Shown: piece by piece, positions 61,665 through 64,000 of the stretch
Position numbering within the stretch: the stretch's first letter is position 1
Layout of the letters: each line of letters opens with the position of its first letter
Source of the DNA: Octopus sinensis
Taxonomy: Eukaryota
Reading direction: 5' to 3'
NCBI RefSeq assembly: GCF_006345805.1
Contig: NC_043010.1
Span: 43,648,001-43,712,000, forward strand
DNA: 64,000 nucleotides
Notes under the pieces: generated by a model
The model's database searches: none
What the model was told of the DNA's origin: nothing
The model's input: the letters and a program-made list of their open reading frames with translations, nothing else
Position numbers and translations under genes: made by a program

Positions 61665-62612
61665 TATGATTATATCTGTTGATGGTTATAGTTGCTATTA
61701 TACATAATAAATTATATAACTCTCTGCATTTGTAATTTTATTGGTCTCTGCATGTGTGTATGTATATACATAACAACATGAATGTGTTATTATTTGGGAT
61801 AATGCAAATTGTGAAAGCTTTGATCCCTGTCTTAGTCATTTTACTAATTCCACAAATGTTTTGAGAAAAGTATGAGTACTACAACTACCTCCTCAAATTA
61901 AACTGGACTACCATTTGTTGATAGATTCCTCTGATGAGAAAACTTAAGCACTTGACTATTTACTACATATGGAATAATAAATATGATTTTAATCCAAAAT
62001 TGTAGGTCTGCATAAATATGTTTGAAATAGTTTATAGAATAGTCATCAAAAATAAATTTGATTGTATGTAGACATATTTAAACCTATTTTAATCTTGTAA
62101 TAAAAAAGGAAAAAGCTTGCTTACAATTTTAGTGCATTGTAAGCAAGGATGGTTTTGATCATTATTATAGTTTCATCATGCATGATATAGTTGAGATCTT
62201 GATATGACTCTTACTATGGTTGTTAGTAAAAATAGCGTGTCTAGCCATAGTGAATGGCATCTACTAGAGAAAATGATGCACAAGTAATTTTACAATACAT
62301 CTCCAAATTGTATCAATCAATGTAGGAAAAGAAATGATTTTGTGTGAATAATGACTTTTCACATTGGCATAAAGCATTAAACATACTATGTAAAAATATA
62401 ATCTTTTAAACCATCATATTATATGTGTGGGGGGGGGGTTCTGGGTTGGATCAATGAAAGAAAGTCACACTGTGATGAGCTTTAAATTTAAGGGTTAGAG
62501 GACAGAACTAAATACTGAGAAGCATTTAGGTTGCATTTGTCTGTTTCTACATTTTAATGATAATGATATCAATTTCTTTTGAAGAGGCATGCTGCCAATT
62601 TTTGTAGAGATA

Positions 62613-63893
62613 CGAGGGGCGTTCAATAAGTAATGCCCCTGACCCACTTCCCATAGCAGTAGAGCAACGAAACTTGGCACAGTTATTAGTCTTTTTCTAC
62701 ATAGGAACCACCCAGGGTTACGTATTTCTCCCATTGTTTGATGCAGCTCTGAAGACCGTTTTTGTAGAAGACCCCAGCTTGGTCCTCCAACCACGACATG
62801 ACTTCAGAAATCAAGGCTGCATCATCTGGGAAACGCCTTCCTTTCAAAAACAACTTCATGGCTGGGAAGAGGTGAAAATCAGAGGGTGCAGGTCAGGAGA
62901 GTAGGGGGGATGAGTTCATAGCCGCACACCTGTGCTTCTGATCTGGCGACACGCGAGTTGTTGATCGGAGCGTTGTCCTGCAGGAGAATGCCTTTGCTGA
63001 TCTTGCCCCGCCTCTTGATTTTGATAGCTTCTCTTAATTTCCTCAAAAGTGAAGCATAATAGACTCCTGTAATTGTGACACCCTTTGCCAGGAAATCTGT
63101 CATCACTACTCCGTCCTGGTCCCAGAAGACTGTGAGCATGACCTTGCCAGCGGAGGGCTGCACCCTTGCCTTCTTTGGAGGGGGTGAGTCACGGTGCTTC
63201 CACTGCATTGACTGGGCTTTGGTCTCTGGATCATAGTGATGGACCCAGGTTTCATCCTGTGTAATCAGTCTTTTGAAAAATTTTGACTCATCTTCTTGGC
63301 ACATCTTCAAATTCATCCTCGCTCAATCGACACGTTCTTGCTTCTGGAAAGGTGTGAGCAACCTGGGAATCCATCTGGCAGACACCTTTTGCATATGCAA
63401 ATGGTCATGAATGATAGTTTCCACAGATCCGGTACTAATCTTGACCTCATGGGCTATTTGGCGAATAGTTATGCGTCAATCTTCCAAAATGGCAGCCTCA
63501 ACTTGACGAACAGATGCCTCATCAATGGCAGAAGGGGGCGACCAGATTTGGGAGCTGTTTCCACAAAGTTCCGACCATGTTTGAATTTACGATGCCAGCG
63601 TTTTACAAGGTCATATGATGGGGCATCATCACCATAAGTTACTTTTATTTCATCAAAAGTCTCCCGTGGTGTGCGTCCTTTCAAATACAAAAACCGCATC
63701 ACTGCTCGACACTCAACAGGCTCCGTTTCACACTTGACTCAGTTCAAACACCTGTAAATCAGAAACCACAATTAGTTCAGAGCTGTAATTTGCCACTTAA
63801 TCTATAGCGATATAAATAATTGCACATGCAAAATTTCAGCTAGATCAAACAACTGCAAGTGGGTCAGAGGCATTACTTATTGAACGCCCCTCG
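62613..63893 (-). mobile_element. Full-length irritans-like mariner, frameshifted
   Basis: TA-flanked 37-bp TIRs (cgaggggcgttcaataagtaatgccYctgacccactt, 1 mismatch). Motifs WIPRLLT, LITQDETWVHHYDPE, QDNAP and PDLAPSDF. Confidence 0.95.
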
Positions 63894-64000
63894 TAATATA
63901 AAGTTAACTAAATTGACATCTAAGTATAATTATTACTGGTATTTATTTTACCAATCCCAAGAAAATGAAAGACAAAATCAATAGTGCAGGGTTTGAACTC

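Overview
Eukaryotic, AT-rich, repeat-dense genomic DNA. Its SINE, RTE, mariner and microsatellite complement strongly resembles Octopus or another coleoid cephalopod (inferred from recalled repeat families, not checked against a database). The main gene is a six-coding-exon gene on the minus strand (17408 to 6987). Its five hand-assembled splice junctions all keep frame and give a 749-aa protein with an N-terminal THAP zinc finger, a central BTB/POZ domain and a Thr/Val/Asp/Ser-rich tail with heptad repeats, which is an unusual THAP-BTB architecture. Bases 1-~3600 hold a GC-rich, frameshifted Helentron (Helitron2) remnant encoding an OTU-like fragment, Rep, a Pif1-like helicase and an AP-endonuclease that runs off the window. 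The rest is mostly mobile DNA: non-autonomous Helitrons, HINE-like elements, three mariners, piggyBac-like and hAT MITEs, RTE, CR1 and R4/Dong LINE fragments, and three tRNA-derived SINE families. There is also a ~2 kb higher-order array built from an RTE 3' UTR and a perfect 63-bp x4 minisatellite. A second promoter-like island at ~30.3-31.1 kb and several orphan plus-strand exon candidates suggest a further transcript that I could not resolve. All coordinates were read by hand; repeat boundaries are approximate.
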